DNA from: an uncultured Acidimicrobiaceae bacterium
GTDB taxonomy: Bacteria > Actinomycetota > Acidimicrobiia > Acidimicrobiales > RAAP-2
DNA length: 64,000 nt
Assembly: GCA_963804255.1 (NCBI GenBank)
Contig: CAWDPK010000006.1
Location: 126,559-190,558, forward strand
Reading direction: 5' to 3'
Part shown: piece after piece, positions 36,888 through 46,613 of the stretch
Position numbering within the stretch: position 1 is the stretch's first letter
Layout of the letters: every line of letters starts with the position of its first letter
Position numbers and translations under genes: made by a program
Notes under the pieces: model-generated
The model's input: the letters and a program-made list of their open reading frames with translations, nothing else
Database searches by the model: none
What the model was told of the DNA's origin: nothing

Positions 36888-37991
36888 GTGCATCATGAGG
36901 AGATGTGCGCCCCCGACCCACCCAAGGCCGGTCCGAATCGAGTGCGCCTGGGTTCCTGGCCAACCCCGGTGGAGCCGGCGCCTCGACTGGCCGAGCGGCT
37001 CGGACTGGACCCAGGGAGCTTGTGGATCAAACGAGACGACCTGACCGGTCTCGGCGCCGGCGGCAACAAGGTGCGAAAGCTCGAGTACCTGTGTGCGGCG
37101 GCGCTCGAATCGGGCGCCACGTTGCTCGTCACGAGCGGGGGAGCGCAGAGCAACCATGCACGGCTCACCGCGGCGGCGGCCTGTCGGCTCGGCATGGACT
37201 GCGCGGTCGTCCTGGCCGGAGAGCCGCCAACGGCTCCGATCGGAAACCTCGTGCTGGAGGCGATGATGGAAACCCGGGTGATCTGGGCCGGGAAGGTGGG
37301 CGACGAGGAGCTCGACCGGCACGTCGAAGTCGTCGCCAGCGAGCTCAGACGAAGCGGTCGGCGCGTGGAGGTCATCCCGCTGGGCGGCTCGAACGCGTTG
37401 GGCGCCCATGGCTACATCGACTGCGGGAACGAGCTCGTCGCCCAGATCCCCGATCTTCGTCATGCCGTGGTGGCGGTTGGATCCGGAGGGACCATGGCGG
37501 GCCTTGTGGCGGCGTTGGGACCAGATCGGGTCCTCGGGATCGACGCGGGAGCAGTCGCCAACCCCGAGGCCCGGGTCCGGGCGATGCTCGACGAGCTGTC
37601 GGCGCAGGGGGCGGTCGAGCCGGCCCGGGCGAGCGGTCCACTGCGACTGCGTGGCGACCAGGTCGGGCCCGGGTACACGATCCTGACCCCCGAGGCCCGC
37701 CGCGCCTTGATCGATGCGGCGCAGTACGAGGGCATTTTTCTCGATCCCGTCTACACCGCCAAGGCCTTGAGCGGCCTGGCTGCCGCGGTGAGGGACGGCA
37801 GCATCAAGCGCGACGAGCGGACCGTGTTCCTTCACACCGGCGGTCTGCCCGGGCTGTTCGGCCACGAGTTCATGCGCGATCCGCGCGGAGCCCCCGAGTC
37901 GGTGAAGACCCCCGGGACCGGCCGGCAAGGCGCGGAATCTCTCGACCAACCAGCGCCGAAGGGGGAGCGATGGCCCGCCGTAAGTCCCTGA
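36888..37991 (+). CDS. D-cysteine desulfhydrase / ACC deaminase family PLP enzyme
   Basis: WPTPVEPAPRLAERLG..LWIKRDDLTGLGAGGNKVRKLEYL, SGGAQSNHARLTAAAA, VVAVGSGGTMAGL, LDPVYTAKA, FLHTGG. Confidence 0.85.
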   Translation: MHHEEMCAPDPPKAGPNRVRLGSWPTPVEPAPRLAERLGLDPGSLWIKRDDLTGLGAGGNKVRKLEYLCAAALESGATLLVTSGGAQSNHARLTAAAACRLGMDCAVVLAGEPPTAPIGNLVLEAMMETRVIWAGKVGDEELDRHVEVVASELRRSGRRVEVIPLGGSNALGAHGYIDCGNELVAQIPDLRHAVVAVGSGGTMAGLVAALGPDRVLGIDAGAVANPEARVRAMLDELSAQGAVEPARASGPLRLRGDQVGPGYTILTPEARRALIDAAQYEGIFLDPVYTAKALSGLAAAVRDGSIKRDERTVFLHTGGLPGLFGHEFMRDPRGAPESVKTPGTGRQGAESLDQPAPKGERWPAVSP

Positions 37992-38161
37992 GATCGCAGC
38001 TCTACCGAGCGGCCCGTGACCTCGGCAACGCGCAGGCGGCCGCCAAGGGTCCGGGGGCCTACGGCAAGCGGATGGTGCGCCGGTCGGTGTACCGGAAGAC
38101 CAACAGCGGCCTGGGCAGCCTATTGCGGGCCTTCGGGCTTAGCGGGGGACGGCGACGGTAG
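37980..38161 (+). CDS. small basic protein (60 aa), paralogous motif at 14930-15090
   Basis: GGGGGAG SD before ATG 37980. MARRKSLRSQLYRAARDLGNAQAAAKGPGAYGKRMVRRSVYRKTNSGLGSLLRAFGLSGGRRR. Overlaps the last codons of the upstream gene. Confidence 0.5.
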
Positions 38162-38246
38162 TTCGCTGACGCAGCCTGGCGGTGCCTGGCCCGAACGCGC
38201 CGACCGGCCGGGCTGGATGTTCGGCATCGGCGCATCGGGTGCCCGG

Positions 38247-38489
38247 CTACCGACGACGCGCGACCTCGAGGGCACGGTCGCGCGGGGGAGCGGACGACAC
38301 CAGCTCACCGAGGAGGCGTATCGAGACGTCGGCCACCTCTTGGACCGCTCTGTCGAAGGCCGCCAGGTTGGCCTGGGACGGCTTGGTCGTCCCGCTGATC
38401 TTGCGCACGTACTGGCGCGCCGAGTCGAAGATCTCTTCGTTGGTCACCGGGGGATCGATGTTGTAGAGGCGATGAATGCTGCGGCACAT
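38247..38489 (-). CDS. DUF2277 family protein
   Basis: ATG 38489. MCRSIHRLYNIDPPVTNEEIFDSARQYVRKISGTTKPSQANLAAFDRAV. Confidence 0.8.
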   Translation of the reverse strand: MCRSIHRLYNIDPPVTNEEIFDSARQYVRKISGTTKPSQANLAAFDRAVQEVADVSIRLLGELVSSAPPRDRALEVARRR

Positions 38490-38816
38490 GGCGCCCAGTT
38501 TACGGTCGGGCCCGGATCGATGACCGGGCCCCGCACTAGGCGTTTGCGCCCGAGCGACCATGCCGAGTCGCGACGGAACGCTAGATAGTTTTACTTGCGT
38601 CCGTCTATCCTCGTGCCGCTAACTGTCCGAGACAACATGACAGAACTGACTACGGAGGCTCGGTGAACTGCCAACCACAATGACCTAATCGACGTCGGTG
38701 TTCGTACCGATCGGACGTCCCGAAGGAACCTAGCGGTCCGGGCGCGGGGTATCGATCAGCTGTTGGAGGTGGACCAGGCCGCGCTCGGCCAGGTGAGGAC
38801 CGGACCGCTGATCCGG

Positions 38817-39668
38817 TCAGTCCAGCGCGACGATCGACGCGCAGTTGTCGATCGGGTAGCCCCCGGCGTAGCGCATCGTCTCTCCAGCGACACCGGGTTG
38901 TTGCTGGAGCCGATAGTCGAAGAGCACCGGTTCGTCGATGTTTCCTGCCGCCGTGTTCTGTGCGATGAGATGCCATCCCCGGGAGTACGTGAACGTTTCA
39001 CCGTTGGGAGAGTTGCCGCCGTTGGTGAACGCCGCGAGCACCAGGTCGGGTCGACCGGTCGTCGATTCGTCCGTGTACACCGCGCTCTCGGTGCTATCGG
39101 TCCGCACGGTCGGGCCGCTCGTCGATCCGCCGGACATGTCGACCGAGACCTTCCGAGGCACTCCGGTGAACTCGGCCAGCACCGCTGTCACATCGCTGTT
39201 TGTCCCCGGTGGCACAGCGACCACCGGCAGCGAGAGCAGGCCCCCTGGGTTGTCAGGGTAGAAGTAGATCGCGCTCTGGAGCCCCCCGGTCGAGTATCCG
39301 CCCGTGCCGCCGTCGGCGGTGTTGCCACCGATGACGTCGCGCCCGAGCGTCCAGTGGGGGAGAAGAACCTTGGGCTGGGGCATCCCGCTCGTCTGCACCC
39401 CGTCGATGACGGCCGCCACCAGCAGGTCCCCGGCAGCGGTCGGCCGGTTGAAGCGAGCATGGACGGTCAAGGGCCCCTCGACGCCGGCGTCGGGAGACCC
39501 GGCTACAACGGTCTCTCGTTCTTGCAACACCCGCGGATGCCACGAACCGCCCGGGACCGAAAGGCTGGCCGCCAGCCGGGTTCGTGCGGCAAGGGCCACC
39601 GGGGATGGCCGATCGACCACGGCCAGTGACACGAGGGCCACCGCCGCCAGAAGGACCGCCCGTCTCAG
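38817..39668 (-). CDS. secreted hypothetical protein, last gene of the GNAT operon
   Basis: The GTG at 39641 gives a poor signal peptide. A CTG at 39668, overlapping the upstream TGA (CTGA), would give (M)RRAVLLAAVALVSLAVV. The protein is Gly/Thr-rich and no family was recognised. Confidence 0.6.
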   Translation of the reverse strand: MRRAVLLAAVALVSLAVVDRPSPVALAARTRLAASLSVPGGSWHPRVLQERETVVAGSPDAGVEGPLTVHARFNRPTAAGDLLVAAVIDGVQTSGMPQPKVLLPHWTLGRDVIGGNTADGGTGGYSTGGLQSAIYFYPDNPGGLLSLPVVAVPPGTNSDVTAVLAEFTGVPRKVSVDMSGGSTSGPTVRTDSTESAVYTDESTTGRPDLVLAAFTNGGNSPNGETFTYSRGWHLIAQNTAAGNIDEPVLFDYRLQQQPGVAGETMRYAGGYPIDNCASIVALD

Positions 39669-40804
39669 CCCTGGACCCCGTCGATGTCCGCCGTGTCCGA
39701 TGCCGGGGCGGCCTGGCGGCCCAAGGCCCGTCGGGACCAGCCGACCAGCCGCAGCACCCCCCTATCGACGGGCCCTCCCACCGCCACCACCAGGCTGACC
39801 ACCGGCCGGCGGTCGGGGAACATCCGCAGCATGGTCTGATTGCCCTCGAAGGTGCAGCTGTCGATCCATTGCACACCGTCGAAGGTGTTGAAGTGATCGA
39901 GGACCTCGAGATGGAGCTGGATGCCGGGGGTGTACTTGGCGAAGGTCTCGTCGTAGGAAGCCTTGAGCAAGAAGAGCCCGTCACCGGCCCGCAATCCGAG
40001 CTGGATGGCCATGGTCTGGCCTGCCCCTTCCAACGTGTACACGCGCAGGCGACCCGCCGCCCGGAATCGGCCGCACATGTCCTTGAACCAAGCCGCCTCG
40101 TCGGGGTGCTCAGCCAAGGCGACCCCATTCTTTCCCTTGTATCCGGCGCCCTCCATCCTGACGAAGGTGTCGATCACTTCGGGGTCGTCGCTGCGGTCCA
40201 CAAACTGGATCTCGGCACCAATGTCGTCGCTCATACGTCGACGGAGTCGGCTCACGTTGTTAAGGAACTTGCGCCCGTGAACCGCCCGGTAATCCCCATC
40301 GTCGCGTCGGTGGATGATCGGGCGGACCCATGAGTGGTACTCGTAGGTGAGAAAGCCCAGTTCTTCGGCTGCCGCGCGAACATGCGTTGACGCGGGCCCG
40401 TCGTCGAGCCAGTCAAAGACCACCAGCCCAGCGCCGTGGTCGCCCGAGGCGTTGCCCAACGCAACCAGCATGGCGCGCATGGCGTCGCGACCACGATCTC
40501 GGTCGAGCAAGGGCGTGCTGTCGTACGGCATGCGGCGCACCTCGGAGCTGAGCACCGGCCGCCGCAGGCGGCGCCAGTGCCCGAAGCGTTGAACCGGAAG
40601 GCACCCGAAGAGATCTCCGTCCTCCTCAGCCAGGACAAGGAGAATGGCCGGACCGTTCTTCAAGTGTTCGGCCGCCGGCACGACGCAATCGGGCTCGGAC
40701 AACGGGTTGGGCTGCCCAGCTCGCTCAGCAAGCGTTCGCCAGTGGACCTCGTCGTGGTCGGTCAGCTCGCCGACGGTGATGATCCGCCCGTTCACGTCAG
40801 CTCC
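39665..40804 (-). CDS. GNAT-fold acetyltransferase, Acetyltransf_6 (CelD/BioF2/FemAB-like) family
   Basis: Paralog of 41167..42297. EVHWRTLAERAGQPNPLSEPDCVVPAA, FLNNVSRLRRRMSDDIG, FVRMEGAGYKGKNG, GLFLLKASYDETFAKYTPGIQL. The start was chosen by alignment to the paralog (GTG 40804); the ORF track extends to 41050. Confidence 0.75.
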   Translation of the reverse strand, partial: GADVNGRIITVGELTDHDEVHWRTLAERAGQPNPLSEPDCVVPAAEHLKNGPAILLVLAEEDGDLFGCLPVQRFGHWRRLRRPVLSSEVRRMPYDSTPLLDRDRGRDAMRAMLVALGNASGDHGAGLVVFDWLDDGPASTHVRAAAEELGFLTYEYHSWVRPIIHRRDDGDYRAVHGRKFLNNVSRLRRRMSDDIGAEIQFVDRSDDPEVIDTFVRMEGAGYKGKNGVALAEHPDEAAWFKDMCGRFRAAGRLRVYTLEGAGQTMAIQLGLRAGDGLFLLKASYDETFAKYTPGIQLHLEVLDHFNTFDGVQWIDSCTFEGNQTMLRMFPDRRPVVSLVVAVGGPVDRGVLRLVGWSRRALGRQAAPASDTADIDGVQG

Positions 40805-41166
40805 CGGCGCATCATGTCGCCTGACTTGCGGCTCTCCGGCGAGGGACACCGTGAGCGGCGGAGGGTCCGGACAGACTGCCGATTCCCAAGCCAGAAAGTG
40901 TGGCACACCCCGGCGGGCCAGCCGGGGCATCTCGGCGGCTCGGACGCTCGCCACGCAGGCACGCTCGGTGGGGCTGGCTGCGGCAAGGCAAGGATGCCTT
41001 GAGGGGTCCGGGATGATCGGCATAGCGGGCGTCGCCGTCTTGCCCGTCATGGGCGTCCGCCCTGAGGGGTACCGTCCCGATGTTGCCGGTGGGCGTCACC
41101 CTACAATTGCTCGGCCGGCGTCTCCGGCACTACTGGGGAGCCCGTGACCAACGGCGGACGTGGGTA

Positions 41167-42297
41167 ATGGACACTCGGATCGTGTCGGTACAACAGCTGG
41201 TCGACGACGAGGTCCGCTGGCGGGACCTCGCCGCGAACGCCCTCGAACCCAATCCCGCCCTCGATCCCGATCTTCTGGGCCCCGCCCTTTCCCTGACCCA
41301 CGCACAGGTCGATCTTCGCTTCGTCGTGGTCGAGGCAGACGGTCGTCTCGAGGCGTGCCTCCCGATACGCCCGATCGACCGATGGCTCCGCTTTCGGCGT
41401 CGTGCCTTCACCACGCGCCTCGATGACGCTCCGGTCCCGGTCCTCCCGATCCTGGCGGCGCCGCTCGTGCGGGCCGAGCACGGCGAGCAAGCCATACACG
41501 CGGTACTGGCCTGCCTGGTGGCAGAGACCGCCCAAGCAGCCATCGGACTGCTCGTCCTCGAGCGGCTGGACGAAGGTCCCGTGGCCACGCTGATCAGCGA
41601 CGCGTGCCGCACGTTACGGCTCCCCACCTGCTCTTACGAGCGTTGGGAACGACCGGTCCTGCGACGCCGGGATGACAGCGCCGACTGGTCGGCCGGAATC
41701 AGCCCTCAGCGACTCCGGGATCTCGGCAAGAAGCGTCGCCGTTTGGAGCGGTCGGCCGGGGAGGTCCGGATCCTCGATCGCGGTGGCGATGGCACGGCGA
41801 TCGATGACCTCCTGGCGATGCAGGCGTCCGGTTGGAAGGCCGCCGCCGGCACGGCCGTGGTCTCAGACCCGGTGAAGACGGCCTTTTTGCGGGAGTCCTC
41901 GGCACGATTGGCCACGGCATCCCGCCTGCATCTCATTACGCTCGACGCCGGCGGCACCCCGGCCGCGATGTGCTTGGCCGTCGAGTGCGGAAGTCGCCTG
42001 TTCCTCTTGCACCTCGATTTCGATCCGAAGTTCGCGCAATTCAGCCCGGGGGGCCAACTCGAAGCGGCGTTGTCAGAGTTCTTCCACGCCTCGACGACGG
42101 CGGACGTGATGGACCCGGTCTGTGCGCCGTCCAACGCGTTTCATGCGCATTTTCTCCCGGACCGCTTGGAGGTGTCCTCCTCTGCCCTTGCTATCGGAGG
42201 GGTACCCGACCGGGCGCTGGTTCGCGCCGCTCCGTACCTATTCGAGGCCCGACATCTGTTTCGCGCGGTGAGCCAGAGACGGTCGTCGGTTGGCTAG
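41167..42297 (+). CDS. GNAT-fold acetyltransferase, Acetyltransf_6 (CelD/BioF2/FemAB-like) family, paralog
   Basis: ATG 41167 (MDTRIVSVQQLVDDEVRWRDLAANALEPNPALDPDLLGPA), RLRDLGKKRRRLERSAG, LLAMQASGWKAAAG, RLFLLHLDFDPKFAQFSPGGQL. Confidence 0.75.
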   Translation: MDTRIVSVQQLVDDEVRWRDLAANALEPNPALDPDLLGPALSLTHAQVDLRFVVVEADGRLEACLPIRPIDRWLRFRRRAFTTRLDDAPVPVLPILAAPLVRAEHGEQAIHAVLACLVAETAQAAIGLLVLERLDEGPVATLISDACRTLRLPTCSYERWERPVLRRRDDSADWSAGISPQRLRDLGKKRRRLERSAGEVRILDRGGDGTAIDDLLAMQASGWKAAAGTAVVSDPVKTAFLRESSARLATASRLHLITLDAGGTPAAMCLAVECGSRLFLLHLDFDPKFAQFSPGGQLEAALSEFFHASTTADVMDPVCAPSNAFHAHFLPDRLEVSSSALAIGGVPDRALVRAAPYLFEARHLFRAVSQRRSSVG

Positions 42298-42444
42298 ACC
42301 GGCGAGCGTACCGCCGACGGGGCCGAGGCCACTTCGTAGTTGAGCCCTGAGATCGACGGTCCTCCCAACGCCCTCCGGCAAACCTCGGCAGGTGCGCGAC
42401 CCATCGCCGAACTCAAAGGGCGCGGTGAGTGGAGTCCGATGGAT

Positions 42445-44133
42445 TCAGGCCGAGTCGGGCCAAGGAAGAGCGGCGACGTGCTCGGGCGCGAAGTGACCCA
42501 CCAGGTGGTCGGTCATCCGCCGGGTGACTTCGAGGCGCTGCCACGCCGGCATCAGGGCGTGATCGAGGTCGTCTATCACCTCGAGGCGGATGTGGCCCCG
42601 GCCCGCACGCCGGTCGGGGCTCTCCTCGTTCGCCGAGCCGAACGGGCGGGCCTCGTCCCTCCCGCAGATCACCAGCACCTCGACCCCGTCGTCTCGGAGC
42701 TGACCGAGCCAGTTCGACGGGTCGCGACCACGGTTGAGGAGGTGGGCGACCCGCCAGGCCAGCTTGCGCAGGCGGCGTCGGAGCCCACCGATGGGCAACC
42801 ACCGGTAGGCCCGGACAAAGCGGGTGGTCGGTTGGCAGATGCGCCGGCGGGGATCCATCGCGCCGGCGGCCAGCTCGGGCGGGTTGAAGTGCAGGATCGG
42901 GTTGACCGCGTAGACGGCCCGGGGCGCCCGGGCGAGCGCGTTCTCGAGGGCCTGGTAGCCGCCCGAGCACAGGCCGACCAAGATGACATTGGTCGGGTCG
43001 TCGGGCTCGAGCGCCGCCGCCGCGTCGGTGACGTCGTCGAAGGCCTCGGGCGCCCGGACCACGTGGGGCTCTTGGCCGGGTCGGACCGGGCTGTCGCCCA
43101 ACCCGCTCTCGTCGAACCGGACGCAGCGGAATCCGGCCGCCGCCCAGCGGCGGGACAGGTCCACCCACAGCCGGTTCGGTCCGACGTGCCAGTCGTTGCC
43201 GCAGTTCAACATGAGGATCGTCGGTGCGTCGGCGTCGAACCTCGGGCTCGAGCGCGATGCCGAAGAGGCCGAGCGGGCCCAGTCGGAGGATCCGCTCGGT
43301 GAGGAGGTGGCCGTCGAAGGGGACCGGGGCGGCGTCTCGGGCGACCACCGAGACCGGGCTCGGCTCGGCGCGATTGCCCGATTCCAGCCACGAGACGATG
43401 TGCTCGATCGTCTGGTGGGGGATTTGGTGATAGAGCGGCTCCACCTCGAGCAGCTGCGCTTGTCCGCGCCGCCTCGCCCTCGTGCGCGACCGCACCGAGG
43501 GCAGCCACCAGCTCGGTGGGCGGCCGGCGCGTCGGGCCGGGTGAGGAGCAACACGCGGTCGGGCGGGGCCGACGCGGCGGGGATGGCCAGTGAGCTGAGA
43601 TCGTTCACCGTTTCGGCGCTGAACACGAAGCCGGGGAGATCGGTGTCGTCGCCGGGGTCTTGGCGGACGTCGCTGCGCAACCGCTGGAGGGCCATCTGCT
43701 CGCGCACGAACCGGCGTCCCGAACCGCAGGGATCCCACAGCACCACCGCGTCGAGCGATCCGAGGCGGGCCGCCTCGACCGCCGCCAGCAGCGCGCCGAC
43801 CCGCATGCCGACCACCGAGACGGCTTCGGGGCCACAGGAGCGGGCGAGGTCGACCGCGTGAGCGATGCTGGCCAGCCAGGACTCGACCCGGTGGGGATCG
43901 AGGTCGTCGCCGGCCGAGTCGCCGGTTCCGTCGTAGTCGAAGCGGACCGCCAGCATGCCCGCCCGGGCCAGCGCCTCGGCCAAGAGCCGGTAGCAGTACT
44001 GGGTGCTGGTCAGTTCGCGGGCAAGCGGGGGGCACAGCACGACCGCGCCGCGGGCCTGGCCACCCTCGGGGACGTGCACCCAGCCGAACAACGGACGCTG
44101 GGAGGGGCCGAACCAGAGCGGGGTGGCGGTCAA
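42445..44133 (-). pseudogene. fused tandem alpha/beta hydrolases (resembling exosortase-A-associated hydrolase 2 + hydrolase 1), about 3 frameshifts
   Basis: Domain 1: LFGWVHVPEGG..GAVVLCPPLARE, LAVRFDYDGTGDSAGD, VVGMRVGALLA, VVLWDPCGSGRRF. Domain 2: ILMLNCGNDWHVGPNRLWVDLSRRWAAAGFRCVRFDESGLGDS, ILVGLCSGGY. The inter-domain part (QAQLLEVEPLYHQIPHQTIEHIVSWLESG...FGIALEPEV) is in other frames between about 43525 and 43240. Confidence 0.75.
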
Positions 44134-44143
44134 TGGCGCGTTC

Positions 44144-46613
44144 CTAGGGCTGGAGGCGGAGACGACCCTCCCAGTTTACGGCCCGCACCGTCGCCACCGG
44201 CGGTTCCTCGGCCCCGGCCCGGCGAAGCGGGACGACCCGGGTGGAGTCCGGGGGGAGATGGAACCACGAGTCGTCGGGCCGGTATCCGGGGGCCTCGATC
44301 GACAGCCACTGGGCCAACCGGCGGGTGGAGACCTCGACGTTCCAGCCGCCGGCATCTCCTCGGGGCGCCAGCGTGGCGGCGAGCCCGAGGTCGGGTTCCC
44401 GGGCCCGCCCCTGGCCGCCCACCAGGTGGACCGCCTGTGACAGGAGCGACCCGTCGGGATCGAGCAGGGTGGCCGCCACCACGTCGTAGGCGGGCGGGCC
44501 GAAACGATACGCGTAGGTGATGTCTCGGAACCCGCCCAGCAGGGTCTCCGCGTCCAGCACGACCGCGCCGCGCGCCGCGATCTTGATCGACTGCTCACCG
44601 GTGTCGACGAGCCGTTCGCCGCCCGCGTAGAGCCGGACGACGACGCTGGCTCCGAGCTCCGATGCGGTGTCGTTCACGACGTGCAGGGCCAACCCGTTCA
44701 ACCCCTCGTCGCTCAGAAGGAGGGCGACCGGCTGAGAGACCCGGCGCAGGGCGTACCAGGTCGACTTGGGCACCCCCGAGCGCGTCGACGAGCCCCCATC
44801 CGGGGCCCGGCTCGAAGTCGTCCAGGGCGACGATCAACCCGCCGTCGCACGACGAGCCGGGACGACGCCACTCGGTGAAGACGGCCGACACCAACTCGGC
44901 GTTGGTCGCCCGGCGCAGCTCGAGCATCCGTTCGGGATCGGTGTAGCGGACCATCAGCGGGTCGATCCCGAACAGCTGGCGCGCGTAGAAGGCCCCGACG
45001 TCCTCCATGTCCCAGGATCGGCCGGCGTCGCGATAGACGGTGGCCTTCCACCTCGGGTCGTGGCCCGAGCCGAGGGCGCCACCGCACGCGTCATCGACCG
45101 TGGTCGGCTCGGGCGGCGTCGCCAACAGCAGGCACTCGGCGGCGAAACGGACCCCCGAACGCCGGGGGTCGTCGAACGGCCGCAGGTAGCCGCCCACGCC
45201 GAAGTACTGGCTCACCCCTGCGTTCATGCGGAAGGGGAGCGTGCCCGCGGTCGGGTTCGAGCGCACATAGGGCGTGTCGGGCGCGAGGTCCCTGATCAGG
45301 GCCGGCACCACCTCGTCGAAGAACGGGGTCGCGCGCCGGTCCTCGGCCAACCCCTGCATCGCCGCCATCTCCTCGACTTCCTGGTTGCCGCAGACGACGG
45401 CCAAGCACGGGTGGGAGGCGGCCTCGGTCAGCGCCTCGGCCACCTCGGCGCTGGCTTCGGCCACCCAGGCTTCGTCGTCGGGCGGGTCGGTGAAGGCGAA
45501 CATGCAGTCCTGCCACACCAAGATGCCGAGCTCGTCGCAGAGGTCGAAGAAGCGCCGGTCGGCATAGGTGGTCGTACCGGGGACGCGAAGCATGTTCAGG
45601 TGGCCGTCTCGGGCCAGCCCGACCAACCGGCGCAGCCGGTCGTCGCTCGGCGCCAGCGTGACTGGGTCGGGCGGCATCCAGGCCGCGCCCCGACAGAAGA
45701 TGCGTTGGCCGTTCACCACCACGCCGAAGGCGCCCCCGTCCCGGTCGACCTCGATCGTGCGGAACCCGACCGACCCGAGCGAGCAGGTCTCGCCGTCGAT
45801 CTCGGCGGTCACCTCGTAGCGGGGTTGCGCGCCGTGGGTGTGCGGCCACCAGCGTTCCACCCCGGCGATCCGGAGGCTGGCCGTGCCCACGAACCCGTCC
45901 CCCTCTCGCGCGAAGCGCAACGGGGCGTCGTCGGGGCCGGCGGCGACCCGGGCCGCCACCGGTGGGGCAGCCGGGCCCGAGACGGCCAACGTCACCTCGA
46001 CCACGCCGTCGTCACCGTCACAGCTGGCGACGAGGTGCCGGGAGACAATCTCGTGGCCGTCCATGGTGACCACGCGCACCGGACGCCACGGCCCGACCGG
46101 CAACGGGACCGGCGTCCACCCCGGAACCCGGCCGAGCAGGCTGGTCCGGAGCCACCGGATCGACTGGTTGGAGACCATGACCGTCTTCCAGCGGGGCCGG
46201 GGGCGACGGGTGGCCAGCAGGGGCCCGAGGGCCGCACAGCGGATCACCAGCTCGTTACCGACCGCCAGCGGCGCCACCTCGGCTCGCAGGGTCCGGAACA
46301 TGTTCTCGCCATGGGCGATCGGCTCGCCGTTCAAGTAGACGTCGGCGACGCTCGCCACCCCCTCGAGGATGAGGAGGCACGCCCGGTCCTCGGCGTGGGC
46401 GTCGAACTGGCACCGGAACCACCAGTCCTCGGCGTCGTAGTCGCGTCGAACCGCTTCGAGGCCGGCCGCGGTCAGCGCACCGGCGGCCGTCCCGGGGACG
46501 GTGGCCGGCCACCACGTCGCGGTAGCCCCTTCCAGCCCGTCGGGGTCCACGATCGAGCCGGCCGGGGTGGCGGTGCACTCCCAGGTGGCCCCGGCCAACA
46601 GGTCAGTGCCCAT
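44144..46613 (-). CDS. glycoside hydrolase family 2 protein (beta-mannosidase-like), 1-nt frameshift at a G/C run near 44775
   Basis: ATG 46613 overlaps the end of DUF1839. WWFRCQF, LILEGVASVADVYLNGEPI, VNGQRIFCRGAAWMP, NMLRVPGTTTYADRRFFDLCDELGILVWQDCMFA, VVCGNQEVE. The C-terminal domain continues in ORF 44144..44773 (PKSTWYALRRV...). Confidence 0.8.

Noticed and set aside
36681-38161. 422-aa minus-strand and 418-aa plus-strand ORFs overlapping the desulfhydrase gene
   Set aside because: These are alternative or antisense frames of a gene with clear PLP-enzyme motifs. Only the last 60 codons of the plus-strand ORF (37980..38161) look like a genuine small gene.
42413-44035. 540-aa ORF in a second frame of the hydrolase gene
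   Set aside because: Only a stretch of about 80 aa (QAQLLEVEPLYHQ…GIALEPEV) is protein-like. The rest is Arg/Pro/Gly-rich read-through. I interpret it as the out-of-frame middle of the fused hydrolase, not as a separate gene.
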